Assembly: GCA_963719505.1 (NCBI GenBank)
Contig: CAVRCF010000005.1
Location: 1,152,001-1,216,000 of the forward strand
Origin: Halobacteriovoraceae bacterium
GTDB lineage: Bacteria > Bdellovibrionota > Bacteriovoracia > Bacteriovoracales > Bacteriovoracaceae
Reading direction: 5' to 3'
DNA: 64,000 bases
Shown: in pieces, positions 9,801 through 20,133 of the stretch
Position numbering within the stretch: the first letter of the stretch is position 1
How the letters are laid out: the number at the start of each line of letters is the position of its first letter
Program-made: the position numbers and the translations under genes
The notes under the pieces: generated by a model
The model's database searches: none
Told to the model about the DNA's origin: nothing
What the model saw: the letters and a program-made list of their open reading frames with translations, nothing else

Positions 9801-9937
9801 TCATTTCTCCAAGAATAAGTTTTATGAGTATGACAATTTATTATGACAGTGAAGCTAAACAGGCAAGGACTTAAATGACAGGTGTCATTCTTACACCTAA
9901 ATGACTAAAAATTTTTGATTAAAATGTAAGAATTTGC

Positions 9938-10378
9938 CTAATAGTTGAAGGAAAAGTTTATTTGATAGGGAGTTGACTGTGAACTCGTTGGCTCACTATT
10001 TATATGGTCTTGGTGCCAAGATAGACGCCTACTAGTATTGAACGACTGTGTATCCTGAATCATGGCTTCTTCGGGAGTGCCATAGATTGCGTCGCGAGAC
10101 TTGTTAGCTTGGTTAAAGGCAACATAGGCAACACCAGCAATAACACCGATAGAAGCGCCAACCAGAATATTTCTTGTGTGATCTTTGGGCTCATCAACAA
10201 ATGAAAGGGTTGATAAACCAAGAACTGCTCCAGCAAGTCCCCCACCCACAACAACCAAAAGATCACTTTTAGTATCTTCAACAAGACCTTCCATAGAGTC
10301 ACCACTTTGGGCAAAGCTCGTCTGTACTACTAGTAATGACAAAAGAGATATTATCCAAAATTTATTTAGTGTACGCAT
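9938..10378 (-). CDS. Exported glycine-zipper membrane protein, hypothetical
   Basis: ATG 10378 after AAGGA; signal peptide (TSFA/Q); GGGLAGAVLG and GASIGVIAG; C-terminus YQINFSFNY. Confidence 0.75.
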   Translation of the reverse strand: MRTLNKFWIISLLSLLVVQTSFAQSGDSMEGLVEDTKSDLLVVVGGGLAGAVLGLSTLSFVDEPKDHTRNILVGASIGVIAGVAYVAFNQANKSRDAIYGTPEEAMIQDTQSFNTSRRLSWHQDHINSEPTSSQSTPYQINFSFNY

Positions 10379-10512
10379 ATATTCCAATCCTTGACTCAGT
10401 TTGTTAAAGACAATTACTTTATTGCAACCATATCTAATTACTAATATAGTAATTTCTACTTTAATATAATGCAAATAGACTTTTCCATTTGCCAACTAAT
10501 TTAGGTGTGAAT

Positions 10513-11847
10513 ATGCCAAATTTCTCAATGTACGAGATCATCGACAAGAAAAAACGCGGAAAAACTTTAACCAAAGAAGAAATTGACTGGGTTATAAGTG
10601 GACTGATGAGCAAAAAAGTAGCTGACTACCAAATGACAGCCTTACTCATGGCCATTTTTATAAAGGGAATGACTACTGAGGAAACAGCAAATCTCACTGA
10701 TGCTATGCTGTATTCTGGAAAAGTGATGACTTTTGAAGGCAAAAACGTAGTTGATAAACATTCAACTGGTGGAATCGGCGACAAAGCCTCTTTTATCTTG
10801 GCCCCAATTGCCGCCGCTTGTGGTGTAAAAGTTCCCATGATCGCAGGCCGAGGCCTTGGATTCACGGGGGGAACTGTCGATAAAGTGGAATCAGTTAAAG
10901 GTTTCAAAACCGATCTTCCTCTTTCTGAATTTGAAAAATTATTAAATAAAAAAGGCATTGTTCTTATCGGTCAAACGAGTGAGATCGCTCCAGCAGATAG
11001 ATTGATTTACGCTCTTCGAGATGTGACGGCAACCATAGACTCTATTCCTTTAATAACCGCTTCTATCATGTCTAAGAAATTAGCTGAAGGTGCTAATGGA
11101 ATCGTCATGGATATTAAAACAGGATCTGGAGCTTTCATGGGAAGCTATAAAGATGCTGTCAAGCTAGCTCATAGCATCCTTGGTACGGCAAAAAGATTTG
11201 GTAAACAAAGTGTGGCCCTCATTACAAATATGGATCAACCTTTGGGAAATGCTGTTGGAAATAGCCTTGAGATGATTGAGTCTGTTGAAGTACTAAAAGG
11301 GCGCGGCCCAAAAGACATTACTGAACTATCAATAGCCTTAGCAGCAAGGATGATCCATATCGGTGGTGTTGAAGCCACTTATGCGAAAGCTCTCAAAAAA
11401 GCTAAAGCTTCGGTGGAAGATGGCTCGGCTTTGAAAAAATTTAAAGAGATGATAAAAAATCAAGGTGGAGACACAAGCTTTATCGATGATTATTCAAAAC
11501 TTCCTATAGCAAAACATACTACGGAGGTCCTATCTCCAAAATCAGGTTGGATCAAATCATTTAAAAATGACGAGATTGGACTGCTTGCCACTGAACTTGG
11601 TGGTGGTAGAAAAGTAAAGTCCGATAAAATCGACTTTGGAGTTGGTTTTGTTTTCCATAAAAACATTGGAGATAAAGTTGCTGAAGGTGAAAGCATTTTT
11701 ACCATCTACCACAATAAAAACCAAACCGATATTGTGACTCAAATAACTGAACGATTCTTTAAGGATGTTGTTAAGTTCTCTAAAACAAAAATTGAAACGC
11801 CGAAAACGATTCATGAAGTTATTGAACTGAAGGATTTAAAAGCATGA
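10513..11847 (+). CDS. pdp: Pyrimidine-nucleoside (thymidine) phosphorylase
   Basis: DKHSTGGIGDK, GRGLGFTGGT.DK, YALRDVTAT, SIMSKKLAEG; ATG 10513 after AGGTG. Confidence 0.95.
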   Translation: MPNFSMYEIIDKKKRGKTLTKEEIDWVISGLMSKKVADYQMTALLMAIFIKGMTTEETANLTDAMLYSGKVMTFEGKNVVDKHSTGGIGDKASFILAPIAAACGVKVPMIAGRGLGFTGGTVDKVESVKGFKTDLPLSEFEKLLNKKGIVLIGQTSEIAPADRLIYALRDVTATIDSIPLITASIMSKKLAEGANGIVMDIKTGSGAFMGSYKDAVKLAHSILGTAKRFGKQSVALITNMDQPLGNAVGNSLEMIESVEVLKGRGPKDITELSIALAARMIHIGGVEATYAKALKKAKASVEDGSALKKFKEMIKNQGGDTSFIDDYSKLPIAKHTTEVLSPKSGWIKSFKNDEIGLLATELGGGRKVKSDKIDFGVGFVFHKNIGDKVAEGESIFTIYHNKNQTDIVTQITERFFKDVVKFSKTKIETPKTIHEVIELKDLKA

Positions 11848-12683
11848 GTAAAATTTTAGATGATATAAAAAAAGCCGTTACTTTTATCCAGTCAAAGACT
11901 GCTATAACTCCTGAGGTTGGCATTGTTTTAGGCTCAGGTCTTGGCGTATACGCAGACCAAATCGAAAACAAGACCATCATCCCCTATGAGGAAATTCCTG
12001 GTTTTTATAAAACAACAGTCGCTGGTCACAAAGGACAACTTATTCTTGGTGAAGTTAAAGGTGTTAAAGTCGCAGCAATGCAAGGTCGTTATCATACTTA
12101 TGAAGGACACGAGCTTAGTGATGTCGTTTTACCCACAAGAGTTTTAAAGTTTCTAGGCTGCCACACACTTATCTTAACCAATGCCTCTGGCGGGATAAAC
12201 TCAAGCTTTAAGCCTGGTGATCTCGTTTACATAAAAGATCATTTAAATATGACCGGAAGAAATCCACTCATCGGCGAAAATATAGATGAGCTTGGTCCTC
12301 GCTTTCCGGATATGACTCAAACATATAACACCTACTTACATGAAATGATTGAAAGTGCAGCGAAAGAGATTGGAACTTCAGTTAAAGGTGGACTCTACTG
12401 CGGTCTCTTGGGTCCTACCTATGAGACGCCTGCTGAGATAAAAATGTTGAGAGGTCTTGGTGGTGATATGGTGGGAATGAGTACTGTTCCAGAAGCTATT
12501 GCCGCGAATCATATGGGAATGAATATTGCCGGAATTGCCTGCATCACAAATATGGCCGCAGGTATGGGTGACGAAGAACTCAAACACGAAGACGTCAAAG
12601 AAGTTGCAAGAATTGCGATGAAAAAGTTCTCCGATCTCGTCACAGCTTTAGTTGACCAAATAGGAAAAAGCGGGAAAAAATAA
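11844..12683 (+). CDS. punA: Purine-nucleoside phosphorylase (trimeric type)
   Basis: IVLGSGLG, GRYHTYEG, TNASGG, GPTYETPAE, VGMSTVPE. Confidence 0.95.
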   Translation: MSKILDDIKKAVTFIQSKTAITPEVGIVLGSGLGVYADQIENKTIIPYEEIPGFYKTTVAGHKGQLILGEVKGVKVAAMQGRYHTYEGHELSDVVLPTRVLKFLGCHTLILTNASGGINSSFKPGDLVYIKDHLNMTGRNPLIGENIDELGPRFPDMTQTYNTYLHEMIESAAKEIGTSVKGGLYCGLLGPTYETPAEIKMLRGLGGDMVGMSTVPEAIAANHMGMNIAGIACITNMAAGMGDEELKHEDVKEVARIAMKKFSDLVTALVDQIGKSGKK

Positions 12684-12685
12684 TA

Positions 12686-13981
12686 ATGGACTCCAGAGAG
12701 CTTTTAAAAGAATTATCCTTTTGTGTTATCGACCTTGAGACTACAGGTGGGAATCACGATAATGATAAAATAATAGAAATTGGTATGGTAAGAGTTGTTG
12801 CCTTAGAGCTCGCCGAAGAAAAAAATATTCTTATTGATCCGGAACAAAGAATTCCAGACTTCATTCAAAAGCTAACATCTATCAAGCAAAAAGATGTTCA
12901 AGGCCAAGCAAAAATAGAAGATGTCATCGACGAGGTGGTTGAGTTTATTGGTGACGATATCATCGTTGCTCACAACACATCCTTTGATGTTCCATTTCTC
13001 AATAGCGTTCTAAGAAGACTTGGAAGAGAAGAGCTTAAAAACAAAGTGATCTGTACCAATGTTATGACGAAACATATGATACCAGACATTATGAATTCAA
13101 ATCTTAACTATATGAGTTCTTTATTTGATATCGATCATTCAAATGCCCACAGAGCCCATGATGATGCAAGAGCGACGGCTAAACTTCTCCTAAAATACCT
13201 TGATATCTTTATCGATAAAGGTATCAAAAAAGTTAACCAACTCTATTACCCTAAAAATAAATTTGAACTCGACAGAATTCACTACGACGCACAAGCCAGT
13301 AGAGAAGAAATAATCAAGAAGATCACATCTAACAACACGGCCATGATGATTATTCTCAAAGGCGACAGAGGTTTAATCCTTGGTGCCCTTCCCATTCAAA
13401 ATCCAGTTGAAGAGATTGAGTTTATCAAAAAATTTATTGATATGACCAAATGGAGTATTCTTACAATACGACTTTTACGTCCTGTTCTTGAGGGTATCTT
13501 TCAATTTAGTAATCACTATTTAAAGTATGAAGAGCCTATAAGAGTCGCTGTTTTAGACTATCTTAAAGAAAGATACAAAACGGATGAAGTTATCGATAAA
13601 GAATATTCAGTGAATGCACTCGATTTTGTCATCACCCATCACTTGGTGAGGGAACAGTTTATTGTTTATTCTTTTCTAAATTTAAACACAACCGTTAAAT
13701 CTATTTTTAAATTTCCAGCACAGAAAAAGAAAATGTTGGGATATTTAAAAAATCAGATTTCACGTTTTGAGAAGATGCAAAAAGGAAGTCGAAAGCATCA
13801 TCTTCATCCTGATCTTGTGCCCTTAGTTGAAGCATTTATCACCAAGAATCGATCGACCAATAAATATATGTTTATCAGTAGAAAGCTTGTAAAAGATCAA
13901 GATCAAAATGTCTTTAAGCTCTTTCAGGATTTTGCTGACGAAAACAAATCGGACTATAACTTTCCAGCAACCTCTTTATAG
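12686..13981 (+). CDS. DEDDh 3'-5' exonuclease (DnaQ/PolC-exo-like) with unknown C-terminal region
   Basis: IDLETTG, AHNTSFD, HRAHDDA. Confidence 0.85.
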   Translation: MDSRELLKELSFCVIDLETTGGNHDNDKIIEIGMVRVVALELAEEKNILIDPEQRIPDFIQKLTSIKQKDVQGQAKIEDVIDEVVEFIGDDIIVAHNTSFDVPFLNSVLRRLGREELKNKVICTNVMTKHMIPDIMNSNLNYMSSLFDIDHSNAHRAHDDARATAKLLLKYLDIFIDKGIKKVNQLYYPKNKFELDRIHYDAQASREEIIKKITSNNTAMMIILKGDRGLILGALPIQNPVEEIEFIKKFIDMTKWSILTIRLLRPVLEGIFQFSNHYLKYEEPIRVAVLDYLKERYKTDEVIDKEYSVNALDFVITHHLVREQFIVYSFLNLNTTVKSIFKFPAQKKKMLGYLKNQISRFEKMQKGSRKHHLHPDLVPLVEAFITKNRSTNKYMFISRKLVKDQDQNVFKLFQDFADENKSDYNFPATSL

Positions 13982-15564
13982 CCAAAATGAATGAGTCCAG
14001 GTTTAAAAAGAATCTGCATGTTTTCACCTTCGATAAGATGCTCAACCAATCGCGACTTTATCAAGTTGTCACCGATGGTAATTCTCTTATCAAAAGAGAG
14101 CTTTATTCCATCGTAGTTCTCATCAACTCCCAAGGATATTCTCTTCTTGTCCGTTCGCTCTACAAGTGTTTGATGAGAAAAACTTGTAAGTAACTCGCCT
14201 AAAAAAAGATAAAAGATCATCGATAGAACATGGGAGTTTACAGGGTAAGAGAGTTTCTCTTTTCCTCTATAATCAAAATTTATAGTGATATTATTTTCTA
14301 TGAGTCTAAAGCGCATGAGCTCCATGGCCTGTAAAAAACTCTCTTTCCCATGCTGGGTTGAGCTTAGATTACGATTATCAACTTTTGAAAAGCCAAGAAA
14401 GGTCTCTACTAATTTTTTACATCTGTTTACACTTTGTTTCATTTGATGAAACTTCTCTTCTATTTCTTCAGAGTAGTCATCTAACTCAAGGACATTTAAA
14501 GCAGCAAGAATACCTGCAAGAGGATTATTTATCTCATGAGCAATTGAAGAGCTTACAATACCAAGCTCCTCAGAGCTTGGTGACTTACTGGCCCCAAGAA
14601 CTTCGTTAACAGGTATAAAGTTGATATGTGTTAATTTTTTTTCATGATCGATAATCTTTTGAACTCTAAAGACATCGCTGCCAATGGTAACCTGCTCATT
14701 AATCTTAAAGCCTAAACACTTTTTAGCAGACAAATTCAACCTTATGAACAGATTATTGTGAAGGATGAGATTTTGGTCATAGTCAAATACAGCGATAGGC
14801 AAATCAAGCTTTGAAAAAAGATTCTCAAGGTCATTAAAACTTTGATCTTTATTAAGTCTTAATTCAATACGATTTAAAACATTTTGAACGGAAGCAAAAA
14901 GATTAAGAGTAAGTTTTGGTGATAATAGCTTTGTTTCTAAAAAGTAGAGAGTTTTACTGAAGCGAAGGGGAAAAAGAGCTTCTTCTAAGCCAGTCACTTG
15001 TGCTGGGACTTTGAGATTGAGTGAGAATTTGACTGACTTTGAATACGTCTCCAAAAAAGGGCCAAGCTCTTCAAATCGGATAATAGAGAACACATCACGA
15101 TCAAACTGATCTATAAGCTCTACCTCATCTTCAGTGTATTGATTTTGGTTTAAAGCCGCCACCGTTGATGAAGACTTGAGTTTTTTTGAGCTTTTCGATA
15201 CTAATTTTTTTTCGTAAATGAAAATTTCTTTTTCGATTTTCTCTTCAAATTCAACAAAGATTTTTCTAAATTCCTCTAAGTTATTAAATGTCCCAAGTAC
15301 GATGCCAGGAGGCGCTTTTTGCTCGCTAAAGAGACTCATATTTTTTTCTTTATATATAATATTAAATGAGTTGTTTATATCGTGATCACTAAGACCCACA
15401 ATAAGGCTGGTAAAGCGCCCACTTGGTTTGGGTGAATCGATATTTATAGAAAACCCTCTTTCTTCTATGAAGAGTGAAAGTGCACTAAAAAGAGGACCAT
15501 CTTTTTGTTTTAAAGTAGGATCGAGAAAAATTTCAATTTCACTCAGCCAACTTTTATTGATCAT
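13954..15564 (-). CDS. Histidine-kinase-like protein (HisKA intact, ATPase domain degenerate)
   Basis: H-box IAHEINNPLAGI; PAS-like segment LDLPIAVFD; no recognisable N/G1/G2 boxes. Confidence 0.75.
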   Translation of the reverse strand: MINKSWLSEIEIFLDPTLKQKDGPLFSALSLFIEERGFSINIDSPKPSGRFTSLIVGLSDHDINNSFNIIYKEKNMSLFSEQKAPPGIVLGTFNNLEEFRKIFVEFEEKIEKEIFIYEKKLVSKSSKKLKSSSTVAALNQNQYTEDEVELIDQFDRDVFSIIRFEELGPFLETYSKSVKFSLNLKVPAQVTGLEEALFPLRFSKTLYFLETKLLSPKLTLNLFASVQNVLNRIELRLNKDQSFNDLENLFSKLDLPIAVFDYDQNLILHNNLFIRLNLSAKKCLGFKINEQVTIGSDVFRVQKIIDHEKKLTHINFIPVNEVLGASKSPSSEELGIVSSSIAHEINNPLAGILAALNVLELDDYSEEIEEKFHQMKQSVNRCKKLVETFLGFSKVDNRNLSSTQHGKESFLQAMELMRFRLIENNITINFDYRGKEKLSYPVNSHVLSMIFYLFLGELLTSFSHQTLVERTDKKRISLGVDENYDGIKLSFDKRITIGDNLIKSRLVEHLIEGENMQILFKPGLIHFGYKEVAGKL

Positions 15565-16486
15565 TTAAACCGTCAGCCGCGGCCATTGCTTTTGATTCTT
15601 CAACTAATGAGAATCCATCAACCCAGTTACCATTAATTTTAACACCCCAGTGAAGGTGGGGTCCACTCACCCGGCCAGTTGCTCCAGCAAGTCCCACAAT
15701 ATCACCTTTATTTATAATCATCCCCTCAGTCACTTGAATTTTTGATAGATGACCATATGTAGTAAAAATATCGAGACCATGATCTACAATCACAATATTT
15801 CCAGAATAAAACAAGTCTCCAGTAAAGATAACTTTTCCTTTATTGGCAACGGGTATAGGAACTCCAACAGCTGCTCTCAAGTCATTTCCTAAGTGTTGTG
15901 TTTTCTTTTTATTATTGAAAAGTCTCTTATTCCCGTAATGAGAGGTTACATAACTTGATAATGGTCGCCTAAAGGGTTGTGAAAAGAGAAAGTAGCTTGA
16001 GGTATTTTGATAAACCTTTGATAGGATTTTCCTCTCTTTAATAACTCTGTTGAGGTCTTTCTTAGAAAGAGTGACCCTCTTTTTATCAACATTGAGCTTT
16101 TCACTTTTGTAAGGGAAGTCTTTGACAGAGACTGCTAAAACAGTCTGATTTTTATAAAAGCATTTAAAAGGTTTTAGGTTAGAAAAATAGGTTTCACTCA
16201 TAAAGAGTCTTCCCTTATTATTCTCAACAAAAAAGGCTTTCTTAGTGCCCTCACATTCAAGTTCCCACATTCCGTCACTTAAGTTTATTTGAAATTCAAC
16301 AAATTTAACCTTTCCAGGTTGCAGTTGAACACTTTTTATTTTTTCGATTAAAGGCTTAACCTTTATTGGCTCTTTCTTTTGTTCAACCACTTGACTATTT
16401 CTTGATTGATTTTGAAGAGGCTGGATTCCTGAACACGATATACTCAATATTAATATTAATAATTTTTTCACAAAACCTCTCTTCAT
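15554..16486 (-). CDS. M23 family peptidoglycan endopeptidase, lipoprotein
   Basis: Lipobox-like ISISC; HLGND (HxxxD), YGHLS, GPHLHW (HxH). Confidence 0.9.
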   Translation of the reverse strand: MKRGFVKKLLILILSISCSGIQPLQNQSRNSQVVEQKKEPIKVKPLIEKIKSVQLQPGKVKFVEFQINLSDGMWELECEGTKKAFFVENNKGRLFMSETYFSNLKPFKCFYKNQTVLAVSVKDFPYKSEKLNVDKKRVTLSKKDLNRVIKERKILSKVYQNTSSYFLFSQPFRRPLSSYVTSHYGNKRLFNNKKKTQHLGNDLRAAVGVPIPVANKGKVIFTGDLFYSGNIVIVDHGLDIFTTYGHLSKIQVTEGMIINKGDIVGLAGATGRVSGPHLHWGVKINGNWVDGFSLVEESKAMAAADGLNDQ

Positions 16487-17745
16487 TTTGAAACTTTGCC
16501 CTCACCATCATGAAAATGAATCTTTATTGAGGTGCCTTGTTTAATACTATTAAAACTTTTTAGGTTTGTAATGACATTCTTGTCTTCACTTTCCAGAATT
16601 GAGTAGCCTCTTTTAAGAACTTTCTTCGGATCCATTGCAAAGAGCTTTCCTTCAATAACATCTAAGCGTCTTCTTAGATTTTGACTTTTGTCTTCTAAGC
16701 ATGACACGCTTAGTTCAATAAGTTCATCTAGGTGTTGTTGCTTTTGATAAATACCGATGAGCTCAAAAGACCTACCGATCAAGTCAATTTTCTCAAATCT
16801 ATTCTTTTCTTTTTCAAAATTCATCTTTAAGTTTGCAAGTTGATTCTTCGGGCTCAAACGCTTTACTCTCTTCTCAATCTCAGTATGTTGGCGATAGAGA
16901 AGACTTCCCAGCTTGTGTCCAATAAACTTCATCTTCGTACTCAGCTCCTTATGGGAACTAGATAAGACCTCTGCAGCAGCTGTGGGGGTCTCCATTCTAA
17001 GATCCGAAGCATAGTCACAAAGTGTATAGTCAACTTGATGTCCTACAGCCGAAATAATAGGTATAGGGCACTCAAACATTGTGCGCACAAAACCCTCGTC
17101 GTTAAAAGACCATAAATCCTCTAGGGCTCCCCCACCTCTTGTTACAACAATGACATCGAGTAGATCAATTTGCATGGCTTTGATAAGAGAGTCTGTTAAT
17201 GACTTTGCACTATTAGGACCTTGAACGATAGCGGGTATAATAATAACTTCTCCCCAAAAAGAGCGTCTCTTTAGAGTGTTTAAAAAGTCTTGTAGTGCGG
17301 CTCCGTCAAGAGCTGTGATGACGCCGCACCTTTTTGGAAATTTAGGGATATCTCTTTTTAAACTGATATCGAAAAGTCCCTCTCGAGTCAGCTTCGCTTT
17401 TAAAATTTCATATTGTTTTAAAAGATTTCCCTCGCCTGCTGGCAGAATTTTTTTTGCCAAAAGCTGGAAAGTTCCTTTCTTTTGATAAACACTAATGGGT
17501 CCAGAGATTATTACCTGGTCTCCATTTTTCACATTTTTTATGTAGGGATTTCTATAGGCGTCCATTTTAAAGAGAGCTACTGAAATTGCACTTGAGCTAT
17601 CCGACAGTGTCATATACCAATGTCCAGCGCCGGAGGAAGAGATATTGGAGACCTCTCCAACAACTGTTACAGCTCGAAAAGAGCCTTCAAGGCTCTGTTT
17701 AACAGCACCAATTAGTTCTGAGACGGACTGTGCCTGGATGCTCAT
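16483..17745 (-). CDS. xseA: Exodeoxyribonuclease VII large subunit
   Basis: GEVSN, GHWY, RGGG.LEDLWSFNDE, SAVGHQVD, TPTAAAE. Confidence 0.95.
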   Translation of the reverse strand: MSIQAQSVSELIGAVKQSLEGSFRAVTVVGEVSNISSSGAGHWYMTLSDSSSAISVALFKMDAYRNPYIKNVKNGDQVIISGPISVYQKKGTFQLLAKKILPAGEGNLLKQYEILKAKLTREGLFDISLKRDIPKFPKRCGVITALDGAALQDFLNTLKRRSFWGEVIIIPAIVQGPNSAKSLTDSLIKAMQIDLLDVIVVTRGGGALEDLWSFNDEGFVRTMFECPIPIISAVGHQVDYTLCDYASDLRMETPTAAAEVLSSSHKELSTKMKFIGHKLGSLLYRQHTEIEKRVKRLSPKNQLANLKMNFEKEKNRFEKIDLIGRSFELIGIYQKQQHLDELIELSVSCLEDKSQNLRRRLDVIEGKLFAMDPKKVLKRGYSILESEDKNVITNLKSFNSIKQGTSIKIHFHDGEGKVSK

Positions 17746-19103
17746 TATTTTGTTTTTATATTATTGTATACTGTGAACGACTTAAGATAATTTACCGCTT
17801 GAAGGATTTGATAATCTCCATTTGGATCATATTTTTTGAAAATATCTTTTTCTTTATCTTTTTTTGATTTCATCTCAGCAATACGTTCTTTTCGTTCTTC
17901 TTTTTTCTCTTTTTCTAGACGAATTCTTTCATCTTCTGTGCGAATAGTTGCCGTAAGATGATTTCGAAGATCTTTTTCTCTAATAAAAGAAGACTCTTTT
18001 TCATGCTCTGCCAACCAGTTAGCTTCAACGCTATTCATTTTGATATCCGGGATAATTCCGATTGCTTGGATCTTTTTATTTGATGGAGTCATGTACTGAG
18101 CAATTGTGAGTTTAACGCCATTTTCATCATCAATTTTAGCAACCGTTTGTACGCTACCTTTACCAAATGTCTGGCTCCCCATGATCATGGCCCTTTTATG
18201 ATCTTGAAGGGCTCCCGCAACAATTTCTGAAGCTGAAGCACTCGCTCCATTGACGAGAACAATAATAGGCGTCTCTAAATCTTTATAGCCTGTTTTCTTT
18301 ACGTAGCGAATCTCTTTTTCGTTGGGATCTCTCGCCTCAGTGGAGACGACAATACCGTCTTTTAAGAAAATTGAAGAGATATCCACCGCTTGATCAAGCA
18401 AACCACCAGGGTTAGAGCGAAGATCAAGGATAATACCCTTCACTCCTCCAGACTTTTTGGATTCCTCTTTTAGTTTTTTAAGGGCCCTAACAATGTAGTC
18501 TGATGACTTTCTTTGAAATTGAGTTAGACGTATCCATGCAAAGTTTTTATCGATAAGGGCTGACTTTACCGGTTTAACTTTAATTCTTTCTCTTTTTATT
18601 GTGAAATGTTTTATCCCTTTCTCACCTTCTCGAACGATACCTAGATGTATTTTAGTTCCAATATCGCCCTTCATCCTATCCGTTGATTCATCTAGAGTCA
18701 TACCAAGAATCGACTCATGATTAATCTCAACGATTTTATCTTTTGACTTTATTCCAGCCTTAAAGGCAGGAGTATCATCAATGGGAGTGACAACATAAAC
18801 GACTCCATCCTTCTGTGTTACTTCAATACCAAGACCACCGAACTCTCCGTCGGTATCGTTTTGCATCTTCTTGAAGAATTCTTTGTTGAGAAATGCGGAG
18901 TGAGGATCTAAAGTGTCCATCATTCCCTTTAGAGCACCTTCAATGAGCTTGTTCGTGTCAACTTTTCTATAGTACTGGTTTTCTATGAGGTATAGAACTT
19001 TATTAAAGAGTTCTAATTCTTCAAAACGCGATCTCTTCTTTGGAGCTGAAAATCCAATGTTTACGAAAAGACAGAGACCTAGTACTAGGTGGCCATATTT
19101 CAT
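17745..19103 (-). CDS. ctpA: Carboxy-terminal processing protease (S41, PDZ)
   Basis: LDPHS, FGGLGIEV, LDLRSNPGGLL, SASASEIVAGALQD, TFGKGSVQ. Confidence 0.93.
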   Translation of the reverse strand: MKYGHLVLGLCLFVNIGFSAPKKRSRFEELELFNKVLYLIENQYYRKVDTNKLIEGALKGMMDTLDPHSAFLNKEFFKKMQNDTDGEFGGLGIEVTQKDGVVYVVTPIDDTPAFKAGIKSKDKIVEINHESILGMTLDESTDRMKGDIGTKIHLGIVREGEKGIKHFTIKRERIKVKPVKSALIDKNFAWIRLTQFQRKSSDYIVRALKKLKEESKKSGGVKGIILDLRSNPGGLLDQAVDISSIFLKDGIVVSTEARDPNEKEIRYVKKTGYKDLETPIIVLVNGASASASEIVAGALQDHKRAMIMGSQTFGKGSVQTVAKIDDENGVKLTIAQYMTPSNKKIQAIGIIPDIKMNSVEANWLAEHEKESSFIREKDLRNHLTATIRTEDERIRLEKEKKEERKERIAEMKSKKDKEKDIFKKYDPNGDYQILQAVNYLKSFTVYNNIKTK

Positions 19104-19114
19104 ATATCTTCCTT

Positions 19115-20131
19115 TTAAATTCTTTTAGTCTTTAATAATTTTAATGTGTTTTGAGCCTTGTTGTTTTTTCTGATCTCATAATAAAGAGACTTTGTTAAAC
19201 CTAAGTCAATATTTGTATATCCAACCAGCCCGTTATCTTCAAGAAGATCACCTTTTTTTACTTTTAAATTAATGTCTCCCAAAATAACACTTCGTATATC
19301 TTGGCCATGGTCAATCATGACAACTCTACCGTAGCTGGCTAGCTCTCCAGCGTATACAACTTGACCTTTATGTGAAACCTTAATAGGTCCGACTTGATTA
19401 TATTTATAAGTGACACCTTCTTTAGAGCCTTTAAAGCTTAAATAATTCCCGATAGGACTATCAAAGGTGACTTCTAACTTCTCACTACTTCGTGCTAGTT
19501 TTTTAACATTATTCTTTTTCTTCTTAACCTTTATTCTTGCAATAGCTTCTGCAAGTTTCTCTTCTAAGTCATTTTTATTTTCCATTTTGGAAATATAACT
19601 CTGTCCAAGGCTTTCCTTCTTGCGCTCAAGACTGAGTATAAGATTGTATAAAGTCTCTTCATTGACACTTGTAGCTTTGAGGTTTTCTTCATATTCATTG
19701 ATAAGAACGAGTAGATTTTGAGAACTCTCTTGAGCTATCTTTAGCTCTGAAAGTTTTGAAGACAAGATCTTCATATACATTTTCTTTTTTAAAAGCTCGT
19801 CCTCGTTATTTTCATCAATGGAATCAAGGAGGTAATTATTTAGAACTCTTTTACTTTCTTTAAAACGTTTTGAAATACTTTGGGCTGACACCGAGAGATT
19901 ATTTTTTAGAGCGATAATCTTCTCATCAATCTCTTTTATCTTTTGAGTTTTACTAAGGTAGCTTTCATTTGACTCCCCAAGCTTACTTTCTAAAGACTTT
20001 ATTTCAGCTGCTATTTTTGAGACCTCTGCCGATTCCTTTGCAAGCTGATCTTTTAATTTTGAAACACCTGATTGCTTAGCAATCGCACTGCCACAAACTA
20101 AAAGTGAAAGTAAAAAAAGACTTTTATACAC
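19115..20131 (-). CDS. envC: EnvC-like coiled-coil plus degenerate M23 amidase activator
   Basis: Signal peptide, long coiled coil, GQVVYAG..YGRVVMIDHG, LYYEIR without Zn ligands; directly downstream of ftsEX. Confidence 0.75.
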   Translation of the reverse strand: MYKSLFLLSLLVCGSAIAKQSGVSKLKDQLAKESAEVSKIAAEIKSLESKLGESNESYLSKTQKIKEIDEKIIALKNNLSVSAQSISKRFKESKRVLNNYLLDSIDENNEDELLKKKMYMKILSSKLSELKIAQESSQNLLVLINEYEENLKATSVNEETLYNLILSLERKKESLGQSYISKMENKNDLEEKLAEAIARIKVKKKKNNVKKLARSSEKLEVTFDSPIGNYLSFKGSKEGVTYKYNQVGPIKVSHKGQVVYAGELASYGRVVMIDHGQDIRSVILGDINLKVKKGDLLEDNGLVGYTNIDLGLTKSLYYEIRKNNKAQNTLKLLKTKRI

Positions 20132-20133
20132 CG

